Shown here one piece after another: positions 1 through 8,245 of a stretch of 29,098 nucleotides of DNA. The stretch comes from Chloroflexota bacterium (GTDB lineage Bacteria > Chloroflexota > Dehalococcoidia > UBA2979), in contig JAQCIU010000039.1 of the NCBI GenBank assembly GCA_027593235.1, positions 1-29,098 on the forward strand, written 5' to 3'. A program made the position numbers and the translations under genes. A model generated the notes under the pieces. That model did no database searches, was not told the DNA's origin, and saw only the letters and a list, made by a program, of their open reading frames with translations. Every line of letters starts with the position of its first letter. Position 1 is the first letter of the stretch.

Positions 1-293
1 CGGTAGTTCGCTTCCCAGTGCTCCCGGTAGCCCTCGAGCCAGCCGACCGCCTGCGCCATGGGCGCGGCCTCCAGGCGGCACATCCGCCGCTGCGCGTCGC
101 GGTGTCGCGACACGAGGCCGGCGCGTTCGAGGTACTTGAGGTGCTTGGAGATGGCCGGCTGGCTCATTTCGAACGGCTCGGTCAGCTCGGCGACCGACGC
201 CTCGCCCTCCATCAGCCGCCCGAGGATCGCCCGCCGTGTTGGGTCCGCCAGCGCGGCGAAGGTGTCGTTGAGCTGCTGTGTCGCGGTGACCAT
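1..293 (-). CDS. ArsR/SmtB-family transcriptional regulator (3' end beyond window)
   Basis: Translated by hand from ATG at 293 (not in the ORF track): MVTATQQLNDTFAALADPTRRAILGRLMEGEASVAELTEPFEMSQPAISKHLKYLERAGLVSRHRDAQRRMCRL... It has the ArsR signatures F-x-ALADPTRRAIL and SQPAISKHL, and is open to base 1. Confidence 0.92.
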   Translation of the reverse strand, partial: MVTATQQLNDTFAALADPTRRAILGRLMEGEASVAELTEPFEMSQPAISKHLKYLERAGLVSRHRDAQRRMCRLEAAPMAQAVGWLEGYREHWEANY

Positions 294-302
294 GGTGTAT
301 CC

Positions 303-360
303 ATAACCAAATGGTGTTGATAGCCGAATAGTTATAAATCGACGGGTTCGCGTTGGTCAA
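303..360 (-). promoter_or_regulatory. Sigma70-type promoter of the ArsR gene, overlapped by two imperfect palindromes (probable autoregulatory operator)
   Basis: On the minus strand, TTGACC (360-355), 18 bp, then TATAAC (336-331). Related imperfect inverted repeats ATAACCAAATGGTGTT (303-318) and ATAGCCGAATAGTTAT (320-335) lie in an AT-rich patch. Confidence 0.65.
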
Positions 361-377
361 GCCCCGCATTGAGGCGT

Positions 378-839
378 CTATTTGCGGAGTCGCTCCAGGA
401 CGCGCTCGATGAACTCGACGCGGTAGGGCACTTCGGCGAGCGAGGCGAGATCGGTGGTGATGCCGAGTTCACTCAGCCGCGCGACGAGCCATTCGTTGGA
501 GGGTGGGTCGCCCTCGTCGGGCCCAACCGTGGTGAGCGCGTTCAGCCTCAGCCGCTCTCTGGTCTCATGCGGCCAGTAGTCGCCGTCGGAAGCACGGCCT
601 CCGAAGCCGCGGCCCTCGCGCACCGTCACCCGTCTGCCGTCGTCGAGTTCGGCGAACTCCGTGAGGTCGAACGACTGCTGGGCCGGGTCGTCGTAGCGCC
701 CGGAGGCGAGTTCTTCCTCGATCGCCTCGCGCGTGATCGGCGACCAGCCGACGTAGTTCGGGTCTCGAGGTGGGTAGTCCTCGGGACGTGGCGGGTCGCG
801 GAGATCGCAGACGACGCCGAGCAGCACAACGCGGGACAC
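378..839 (-). CDS. hypothetical protein (153 aa)
   Basis: GC3-rich ORF with natural acidic composition and a GGAG RBS-like sequence upstream, co-oriented downstream of msrB. No family recognised. Confidence 0.7.
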   Translation of the reverse strand: MSRVVLLGVVCDLRDPPRPEDYPPRDPNYVGWSPITREAIEEELASGRYDDPAQQSFDLTEFAELDDGRRVTVREGRGFGGRASDGDYWPHETRERLRLNALTTVGPDEGDPPSNEWLVARLSELGITTDLASLAEVPYRVEFIERVLERLRK

Positions 840-873
840 GGGGTGCTCCTCGGAAGATCGGGCGCCGGCGGAC

Positions 874-1260
874 CTACCCGTCGGAGGGCGTGGCCGTCGG
901 AACGAAGCGCATCGACAGCGAGTTGATGCAGTGGCGCGTGTTCTTCTCCGTCAGCCGCTCGCCGAGGAAGACGTGGCCCAGGTGGCCGCCACAGTTCATG
1001 CACTCGACCTCGATGCGCATGCCGTCGGGGTCGGGCAGGCGCTTCACCGCGCCCGCGATCTCGTCGTCGAAGGCCGGCCAGCCGCAGTGCGCGTCGTACT
1101 TGTCCTCGGAGCGGTACAGCTCGGCGTTGCAGCGGCGGCAGATATACGTGCCCGCCTCGTAGAAGTCGTCGTACTCGCCGGTGAAGGGCGGCTCGGTGCC
1201 CTTGTGCTCGATCACGTACCGCTCGCGGTCCGTCAGTTCGTTGTGCGTCGCCTCGACCAT
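874..1260 (-). CDS. msrB: peptide-methionine (R)-S-oxide reductase MsrB
   Basis: Motifs GTEPPFTGEY, CRRC, KYDAHCGWPAF, CMNCGGHLGHVF and RHCINS. Start placed at ATG 1260 rather than the ORF-track start at 1350. Confidence 0.95.
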   Translation of the reverse strand: MVEATHNELTDRERYVIEHKGTEPPFTGEYDDFYEAGTYICRRCNAELYRSEDKYDAHCGWPAFDDEIAGAVKRLPDPDGMRIEVECMNCGGHLGHVFLGERLTEKNTRHCINSLSMRFVPTATPSDG

Positions 1261-1476
1261 GCGCGTCACCGCCCTTCCTCGAAACTCTGCGGTCGAGTGT
1301 AGGGGAGTGCGCGGGGCCGGTTGGGCGATATCCCACTGTCGACTTGCCACCTGCGGTTTGAGAACCCGGAACGGTCGTCCATCGACGGCGACCTCAGATT
1401 CTCGGCCATTGCGATTTGGGATAGTGCCGCTGCGGAATTCCGGCGGCGGAATGGCTTCCGTGGCGCCTAGGAACGA

Positions 1477-1503
1477 GTAGGGCCGCCTATCGGGCGGCCC
1501 TAC
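1477..1503. terminator. GC-rich hairpin, probable terminator of the HATPase/STAS-like pair
   Basis: GTAGGGCCGCC-tatcg-GGCGGCCCTAC, a perfect 11-bp stem just downstream of the stop at 1530. Confidence 0.65.
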
Positions 1504-1529
1504 CTGATCGTGGCCCAGATTCCATGTCC

Positions 1530-1802
1530 TTAGGCGAGAGCAGCAATTCTCACTTGAGTGCTGAGTCCCCGCCGTTCGACTGTGCGCGCCATCAGTTCTT
1601 CGAGCTCCGGAGCAAGATGCTCCAAGGTCACGTCTTGACTGGCGGCTGCGATTCGGCCGATGAACTCGTCAGCGAACGAAGGGCTGAGTACCACGACGTC
1701 CCCGAAATCAATCACTAGAGAGCCACGCTCCGGCACCTCTTTGGCGATCCGTTTCGCCTTCTCACGAGTCGCGAACGACCGACCGAAATCAATCATCCTC
1801 AT
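1530..1802 (-). CDS. STAS-like domain protein (DUF4325-like)
   Basis: About 90 aa, MRMIDFGRSFATREKAKRI...LVIDFGDVVVLSPSFADEFIG, matching the DF-x-x-V...S-x-SFADE-x-(F/I)G pattern. AGAGAGGGG RBS-like sequence upstream. Confidence 0.8.
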   Translation of the reverse strand: MRMIDFGRSFATREKAKRIAKEVPERGSLVIDFGDVVVLSPSFADEFIGRIAAASQDVTLEHLAPELEELMARTVERRGLSTQVRIAALA

Positions 1803-1883
1803 GCTGTGCCCCCTCTCTGCTTTGGAATCATAGTCGGAAAGAATGTTGCATGTGTGAACAATGTTAGGCATCGGGCGGACGCC

Positions 1884-2477
1884 CTATGCCACCATTACGA
1901 CCGTCACGGCAGTGCCGCGGAATCGATTTGCGACGGTCATCGAGTCTGGTCCAATCGACTGTCCTGTCTGGTAGAAGCCGTGATCCGAGTGTATTTCTAG
2001 CAGTCGACCTGGAGATCCTTCGACTAGATCTGACAGTTCGTGCAGGCCTATCCCGCGGTGCCGATCCCCGGTGCTCGTAGTTCCTTCCTTCACGGCGTCG
2101 ATGATCGCAGCCTCGGCATCGGCTGGCTCGCGGCCAAGCGACTCTGCGATCCCCCGCCCTGGATCGGCCACGGCGATCTCGATGTAGTCAGTACGCAGCC
2201 CCTGCGACTGCATGTACCGCTGTTGGACCACAGCAAATCCGCCTACTGCGGACCCTGCGTGCTGGACGACATTGTTCGCTGCCTCCGCGAGCACTGTCGC
2301 CGTGTCCTGCACGAGCGACTTCGAGAGCCCGTGATCAAAGAACAGGTCCGGCAACTCGTCCGCCATTCGCTCGACGTCAGTCTCGCTTCTGAATGACCTC
2401 ACGGTGAGCAATGGGAGGATTCGCCTGACGCCCCTGGGGTCCTCGTCGAGGTCGTGCACCCCTGTGAACGTCTCTAG
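1884..2477 (-). pseudogene. GHKL/HATPase_c (anti-sigma-kinase-like) ATP-binding protein, 5' end cut off by the IS
   Basis: N box EAANNVVQHA, G1 box IAVADPGRGI, G2 box RGIGL, and terminal GTAVTV. The frame is open up to the CTAG insertion site and continues beyond the IS to an ATG at 3884. Confidence 0.75.
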
Positions 2478-3787
2478 CAGGGTGCTGAAGAAGCGCCGTT
2501 GAGGCCGGAATTGAGGAATGGGGGCGGATTCGAGGCGCCCCGATGTTTTGGGTCGCCTCGGTTCATGCTTGCGGTGCAGCGGTGAGCGTCCGATGTCGGC
2601 CGCAGGGCACAGTTCGCCTACAGCGGAGCGAGCTCGAGTTTGGCGAGGCGCACCAGGTTGTAGGCCGCAGCGGTGAATTCCAGCCAGTGGCGATTGCGTT
2701 CGAGCCCGACGAAGCGCAGCTTGCGCCCGCCGCCCACGGTCTTCACCCAGCCGTAGACCTGTTCCACCAGCTTGCGCCGCCGCAGGCTCTGCCCGTACCC
2801 GACGTGCCGCGTGGTGCGCCGATCCACCGCGCTGCGGCGATGGGTATCGTTCTGCGCCACGTGTGGGGTCACGCCACGTGACCGCAGCTGCGCCACGAAA
2901 TCGTGCGTGTCGTAGCCCTTGTCGGCACCCAGCGTCACACCACCAGCGGTGCTGCGATCGAGCATCAGCAGCGCCGCCTCACGCTCGGCGGTGCCGCTCG
3001 CCGTGGTCAGCTCGACCGCCAGCACCAGCCCGTGCCGATTCTCGGTCAGCAGATGCCCCATGTAGGAGAGCTTCGCGGCCTGGCCTGCCCCCTTCTTGAA
3101 GAGCCGCGCCTCGGGGTCAGTCGTGGAGACGTGCGTGTCTCGGCTGCGCTGCTGCCCGCGGAAGTCCACGTCCGGGTTGCGCCCGCCACCTGGCGGCGGG
3201 TCCTGCTCGTCGCGTGGCCGGTAGCTCTTGAGCGACGCCCACGCCTCCAGCAGTGTCCCGTCCACCGTGAAGTGGTCCGCGGAGAGCAGTCGTCGCCGCC
3301 GCGCCTCGGCCACCACCTCGGCGAAGAAGGCGCCGGAGACGTCGTGCGCGAGCAGTCGCTCACGGTTCTTCGAGAACGTGGAGGGATCGAACGGGTCATC
3401 GCTGACGTTGAGGTCGAGGAACCACTTGAAGAGCAGGTCGTAGCGCAGCCGCTCGCAGAACTGGCGCTCACTGCGAATCGAGTACAGCGCAATCAGCAGG
3501 CTCGCCTTGAGCAGATGTTCCGGCGGGATCGAGGGGCGGCCGCGCTTGGCGTACATCGCGTTGAACAGTGGCGAGAGTCGCACCAGTGCCGATTCGACGA
3601 TCGGCTTGATGCGACGGATCGGGTGGTCCTCGGGGATGAATGAGTCCGGCGTCACCGCCAGAAGCATGTTCGCCTGACGTTCAGCGTCACCTCGCACAGG
3701 GCACCTCCAGTCCGTGCCCCCGCCAGCGCGATTCTACCGCCCAACAGTCCCCCCGACGATCCCCGCCAGCCCTTTTTCAGCACCCTG
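2478..3787 (-). mobile_element. IS5-family insertion sequence, 1310 bp, complete
   Basis: Terminal inverted repeats CAGGGTGCTGAAGAAG (2478-2493) and CTTTTTCAGCACCCTG (3772-3787), 15/16 match. CTAG flanks both sides (2474-2477 and 3788-3791). One transposase ORF. Confidence 0.93.
2618..3697 (-). CDS. IS5-family DDE transposase (359 aa)
   Basis: N-terminal GRPSIPPEHLLKA...SIRSERQ, catalytic-region motifs VDGTLL, LGADKGYD and RRKLVEQVYGWVK, and YNLVRL. GGAGG RBS upstream of the GTG start. Confidence 0.95.
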   Translation of the reverse strand: MRGDAERQANMLLAVTPDSFIPEDHPIRRIKPIVESALVRLSPLFNAMYAKRGRPSIPPEHLLKASLLIALYSIRSERQFCERLRYDLLFKWFLDLNVSDDPFDPSTFSKNRERLLAHDVSGAFFAEVVAEARRRRLLSADHFTVDGTLLEAWASLKSYRPRDEQDPPPGGGRNPDVDFRGQQRSRDTHVSTTDPEARLFKKGAGQAAKLSYMGHLLTENRHGLVLAVELTTASGTAEREAALLMLDRSTAGGVTLGADKGYDTHDFVAQLRSRGVTPHVAQNDTHRRSAVDRRTTRHVGYGQSLRRRKLVEQVYGWVKTVGGGRKLRFVGLERNRHWLEFTAAAYNLVRLAKLELAPL

Positions 3788-4080
3788 CTAGTGCCGTTTC
3801 GGGAACCCCGAGCGCGATCGTACCGTTCGCGCTCGTGCCTCGCGTGCAGTTCCTCGCCTCTGAATCGTCGCCCAACGCCACCATGACCGCTCCGACGTTG
3901 TCGCGCGCGGTCGTCGATCAGGGGATCGCGGCAATCGAGGCAGCCGCCGCGGACGCCCTCGAAGTGCGCGACCGCTACTCCGAGGTGCCGTCCGCCGAGT
4001 AGCCCGCCGCCGTCCGCGCGCGCTACCCTCCGCCGCCTGACGCGCGCGACCACGCCCGACCACGCAACGGAGCCCTCGAG

Positions 4081-5004
4081 GTGACCGACCGACCGCCGCC
4101 GGATCAGCGCGGCCCGCTCAGCGGGCGCGCCACGGCCTTCGCGCTGCTGCTGGCCGCGCTCTGGGGTGGTAACCCGGTGGCGGCGAAGGCCGGGCTCGAC
4201 GACGCGCCACCGCTGCGACTGGGCTGGATGCGCTTCGTGATCGGGTCGGTGGTGGTGGTCGCGTGGGCGCTGATCACGCGCCAGTCGTTCCGCGTGCGGC
4301 GATCGGAGTGGCTACCGCTTGCCGGCCTCGGGCTACTGTTCTCGGCGCAGATCGGGTTCATGAACGTGGGGCAGGACCGGACGACCGCCGGGCACGCGGC
4401 GGTGATCACGGCCACCTTCCCACTCTGGACCGGGTTGATCGCTCACTTCCTGGTGCCGGGCGACCGCCTCAATCGCGCCCGCGTTGCTGGGACGGTACTC
4501 GCCTACCTCGGCGTGGTGGCGCTCTTCTCGACCGGGCTGGGGGGAGGGGCCACCGTTGGCGGCAACCTGTTGATGCTCGTGTCAGCCGTGCTGCTCGGCT
4601 CGCGCCAGATCTACCTGTCACAGGCGGCGCAGGGGATCGCGATTCACAAGCTGTTGCTGGCACAGAGCATCGTCGGGGTGACGATCTTCGTGATCGCGAG
4701 CAGCCTGTTCGAATCGGATCCGTACGTGGCGACGGAGCGGCTGGCGGTTTCGTTGCTCTACCAGGGCGTCGTGGTCGCCGGGTTCGGGTTCATCGGGAAC
4801 ACCTGGCTGCTCCAGCGTTACCTGCCGTCGGGCGTCGCCGCGCTGCAGCTCACCACACCGTTCTTCGCCGTCGCGGCCGGTGCGATCGTCCTCGGCGAGC
4901 ACGTCGGCCCGGAGCTGATCGTCGGCGCGACGCTGGTGGTCGTCGGGCAGCTCATCGCGCGCGGTGCTGAGCTGCGGCGCGCGCTGCGGCGCGCGGCCGC
5001 CTAG
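4081..5004 (+). CDS. DMT/EamA-family transporter
   Basis: About 10 hydrophobic segments in two EamA repeats (LWGGNPVAAK, PPLRLGWMRF, ...LGE..., LIVGATLVVVG). Confidence 0.9.
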   Translation: MTDRPPPDQRGPLSGRATAFALLLAALWGGNPVAAKAGLDDAPPLRLGWMRFVIGSVVVVAWALITRQSFRVRRSEWLPLAGLGLLFSAQIGFMNVGQDRTTAGHAAVITATFPLWTGLIAHFLVPGDRLNRARVAGTVLAYLGVVALFSTGLGGGATVGGNLLMLVSAVLLGSRQIYLSQAAQGIAIHKLLLAQSIVGVTIFVIASSLFESDPYVATERLAVSLLYQGVVVAGFGFIGNTWLLQRYLPSGVAALQLTTPFFAVAAGAIVLGEHVGPELIVGATLVVVGQLIARGAELRRALRRAAA

Positions 5005-5007
5005 CGG

Positions 5008-7311
5008 TTAGTCCCCGCCGGCCGCCTCGGCCTCGACAGGGGCGCTGCCCTCGACGTGGATGACCGGCAGGATGCGGTCCAGCCAGCCGGGCAGCCACCA
5101 GTTGCCTTTGCCCAGCAGCTCCATCGTCGCGGGGACGAGGAGCATGCGAACGATCGAGGCGTCCAGCAGGATCGCCGTGGCGAGGCCGACGCCGAAGAGC
5201 TTGATGGTGCGGTCATCCTCGAAGACGAAGCTGCCGAAGACGACGACCATGATCGCGGCCGCCGCGGTGATGACACGCGCGGTCGAGGCGAGCCCATCCG
5301 CGACCGAACCGACCGGATCGCCGGTGCGATCGAACTCCTCGCGCACGCGCGAGAGCAGGAAGACTTCGTAGTCCATCGAGAGGCCGAAGACGATGGCGAA
5401 CATCATCATCGGGATGAACGGCTCGATCGGGCCGCCGGAGACGCCGACGAGTGAGCCGAGGAAGCCCCACTGGAAGATGACGACGACGACGCCGTAGGCG
5501 GCGGCGATCGACAGCATATTCATCACGACGGCCTTCACCGGCACCAGCACGGATCGGAAGACGGCCATCAGCAGCAGGAAGGAGAGCGCGAGCACCGCTC
5601 CGAAGAAGAGGAAGATGCGCGTGGAGAGGTAGCTGGTGAAGTCGATGCCGACCGCGACGTTGCCGGTGATGTTGACCTCGAGGGTGGAGCCCGCCACCGC
5701 GGCTGGCACCACCTCACGGCGCAGGTGCTTCACGAGATCGAAAGTCTCCTGATCCTGCGGCGCGGTCGTCGGGATGACCTGGACCAGGTACGCGGCGGAT
5801 GCCGCCGGGTCCGCGGGGTTACTGGGGAACGGCGGGGCGACCGAGGCAACGCCGGGGGTCTCCGCGAACGCGTCGAGCAATGTCTGCAGGACCGCGCCGT
5901 CCGAGGGCTGCATCACCTCGACGGTGACGAGCAGCGGGCCGTTGAAGCCGGGGCCGAAGCCCTCGGCGAGGAGGTCATAGGCGCGGCGGGTGGAGGTGCT
6001 CTCGGCGTAGTTGCCCTCGTCGGAGAAACCGAGGCGGAGCGTCAGGATGGGCGCGGCCAGGGCGAGGAGCGCCACGGTCCCGATGATCAGCCAGGTCCAC
6101 GGGTGCGCCTGGATCAGGCGGCTCCAGCGGTAGGCGAGCGTCTGGTTGACCGGGGTCGGTGCTCCGCGCGGGACGTGGCGATTGAGACCGGGGATCCAGC
6201 GGCCCACGATGAAGAGCACGAGCGCGACGAGCATCGCGAGGCCGAGCAGCGGCTGACCGATGCCGAGGCCGAGCAGCGCCAGCGAGATCAAGCCGGCGGC
6301 GACGAGCGCATACCAGGGGGTGATCTCAACGCGCTCACGGGCGAAGCCGAGCAGTGCGGGCAGCAGCGTCACCGAGGCCATCATGGTGACGGCGACGGTG
6401 ATCGCCGCGCCGATGCCCATGCCGGAGATGAACGCGAGCCCCATCAGCAGCATGCCGAGGAGTGAGATCACGACCGTGATGCCGGCGAAGATCACCGCCC
6501 GCCCGGCGGTATCGAGCGCCAGGACGGTCGCTTCCTCCGGATCGAGCCCGGCGTGCAGGCCCTCGCGGTAACGGGTGACGATGAAGAGGGCGTAGTCGAT
6601 GCCGACGCCGAGCCCGATCATCGCGCCGATGGTGGTGGCGAAGTCCGGCATCGCGAGGACGTGCGAGGTGAGTGTGGTGAGCGCGATTCCGACGCTGACG
6701 CCGGCGACAGCGACGCTGATCGGGAGGCCCATCGCGAGCACGGAGCCGAAGGCGACGATCAGCACCACGACCGCGAACGAGAGGCCGACGAACTCCGACT
6801 GCGGCGGCTTGAACTCCGCGAGCGCCTGCCCGCCGATCTCGATGCGCAGGCCATCGAGGACCGGCGCCGCCTCGGCGATGTCGGTGCCGATCAGGCCGGT
6901 CTGGGTGAAGTCGAGATCTGGGTCCAGCACGACGGAGGCGTAGGCGACGGTGCGATCGTCGCTCACCTGCGTGGCGGCGCCGATGCCCTCGTAGGGGCTG
7001 GAGACGGTGACGCCCTCGATAGCGGCGGCGGTAGCGAAGAGCGCTTCCATCTCGGTGCGGACGGTGGGGTCGTCGATCCCGGCGTCGGTGGTGAACACGA
7101 TCGAGCCGCTCTGGCCGCTCCCGAACCCGCCGAAGTTCTCGTCCAGCGCGTCGAAGCCGTTGCGACTCTCCGAATCCGGGATTTCGAAGGCGCCGTTCCA
7201 TGCCGATCCGACCGCGAACACCGTGCCGAACACGGCGACGATGCCGAGGATCCAGATCCCAACGGTGAGCCAGCGATTGCGGAAACACCAACGACCGAGG
7301 CTCTGGAGCAC
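5008..7311 (-). CDS. MMPL-family (RND superfamily) transporter
   Basis: Motifs GLGVGIDYALFIVTRYRE, AGRAVIFAGITV, FGPGFNGPL, FGLSMDYEVFLLSRVREE and LLG-x-x-NWWLP. Confidence 0.95.
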   Translation of the reverse strand: MLQSLGRWCFRNRWLTVGIWILGIVAVFGTVFAVGSAWNGAFEIPDSESRNGFDALDENFGGFGSGQSGSIVFTTDAGIDDPTVRTEMEALFATAAAIEGVTVSSPYEGIGAATQVSDDRTVAYASVVLDPDLDFTQTGLIGTDIAEAAPVLDGLRIEIGGQALAEFKPPQSEFVGLSFAVVVLIVAFGSVLAMGLPISVAVAGVSVGIALTTLTSHVLAMPDFATTIGAMIGLGVGIDYALFIVTRYREGLHAGLDPEEATVLALDTAGRAVIFAGITVVISLLGMLLMGLAFISGMGIGAAITVAVTMMASVTLLPALLGFARERVEITPWYALVAAGLISLALLGLGIGQPLLGLAMLVALVLFIVGRWIPGLNRHVPRGAPTPVNQTLAYRWSRLIQAHPWTWLIIGTVALLALAAPILTLRLGFSDEGNYAESTSTRRAYDLLAEGFGPGFNGPLLVTVEVMQPSDGAVLQTLLDAFAETPGVASVAPPFPSNPADPAASAAYLVQVIPTTAPQDQETFDLVKHLRREVVPAAVAGSTLEVNITGNVAVGIDFTSYLSTRIFLFFGAVLALSFLLLMAVFRSVLVPVKAVVMNMLSIAAAYGVVVVIFQWGFLGSLVGVSGGPIEPFIPMMMFAIVFGLSMDYEVFLLSRVREEFDRTGDPVGSVADGLASTARVITAAAAIMVVVFGSFVFEDDRTIKLFGVGLATAILLDASIVRMLLVPATMELLGKGNWWLPGWLDRILPVIHVEGSAPVEAEAAGGD

Positions 7312-7478
7312 GTGGCAATCCTCTCGGCCGGGCGCGGCGGCGCCGGCGGACGACTAACTCGAACGGTGTCTCAACACTCGTCTAACCAGTGGACTCCCGG
7401 GCGTGCGCACGGGCAACCCCGCCGGCGCGGGCTTCGATGACAAGCGTCAAGAGGGCGAGGGCCTGCGTTGGTGGGCGG

Positions 7479-8225
7479 TTAGCCCCCGGCGATCGCATCG
7501 AGCGCGGCGCGCTCGCTTGGCGTCCAGCGCGTTCGCCGCGAGTCCTCCCAGACGAGGTATCCGTAGCCCGCGAGGGCGACGAGACCGCCCTGCATCGCGG
7601 TAATCACGCCCACGGCCAGCGTCACATCGAACCAGAAGCCCTGCGGGAACATCTGGATCAGGCGATCGGTGGCGGGGTTGAGCTGCCAGAAGTCGTTGCT
7701 GAAGGACAGCAGGTGGAACTGTTCGAAGAGTGTGTCGAAGCCGAGCAACACGGCGATCGCCCCGGCGCCAAGGGTGGCGACGGTTGCGCCGCCGGCGAGC
7801 AACGACTGGGTGGCGAGTTCGCGAAGCGCGCGCTCTCGGCTCCAGAGGAACACGACCACGATGTACGACACGAGATAGACGAAGGCGATCTCTTGGAGGC
7901 GGAAGGAGAACTGCATGAGGCTGCGCACGTCGCGCATGTGCAGGACCTCGCGCTGCGTGTAGAGCGCCTGCTGCTCGCCGTCCACGACGACGCGGACATC
8001 GAGGAGTTCGTCTCCTGAGCCGGTGCGGAAGTAATCGACGATCTCGCCGGTAGCGGCGTCCAGTTGTGCACGGTCGATGCCGGTGCGGAGCGGCGCGTCG
8101 TACTGGCGGTAGGAGTAGCTGTAGACCCGCGGCTCAGTCGCGGCGATCCGGACGTTGGTGAGCAGCAGGAAGACCGGCACGGCGATGATGAAGAGGACGG
8201 TGGCGATCCAGCGGGTGGTGAGCAC
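7479..8225 (-). CDS. DUF1461/TIGR01906 membrane protein (Lit-like lipoprotein intramolecular transacylase)
   Basis: Four TM segments, an E-x-x-HM-x-DV motif (REVLHMRDVR) and FEQFHLLSFSNDFWQLNPATDRLIQMFPQGFW. Start placed at GTG 8225, 6 nt from a -10 box. Confidence 0.8.
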   Translation of the reverse strand: MLTTRWIATVLFIIAVPVFLLLTNVRIAATEPRVYSYSYRQYDAPLRTGIDRAQLDAATGEIVDYFRTGSGDELLDVRVVVDGEQQALYTQREVLHMRDVRSLMQFSFRLQEIAFVYLVSYIVVVFLWSRERALRELATQSLLAGGATVATLGAGAIAVLLGFDTLFEQFHLLSFSNDFWQLNPATDRLIQMFPQGFWFDVTLAVGVITAMQGGLVALAGYGYLVWEDSRRTRWTPSERAALDAIAGG

Positions 8226-8245
8226 GTCGCCAGTATACTTCGCGC
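8226..8245. promoter_or_regulatory. bidirectional leaderless promoter (palindromic -10, AGTATACT)
   Basis: AGTATACT at 8232-8239 reads TATACT on both strands. Each hexamer is exactly 6 nt from a start codon (GTG 8225 on minus, ATG 8246 on plus). No RBS on either side. Confidence 0.75.

Noticed and set aside
3883-4002. Small plus-strand ORF MTAPTLSRAVVDQGIAAIEAAAADALEVRDRYSEVPSAE
   Set aside because: Only 39 aa with no RBS, and it overlaps the start of the reconstructed HATPase. It may be the 3' remnant of a lost gene, but I cannot support that without a search.
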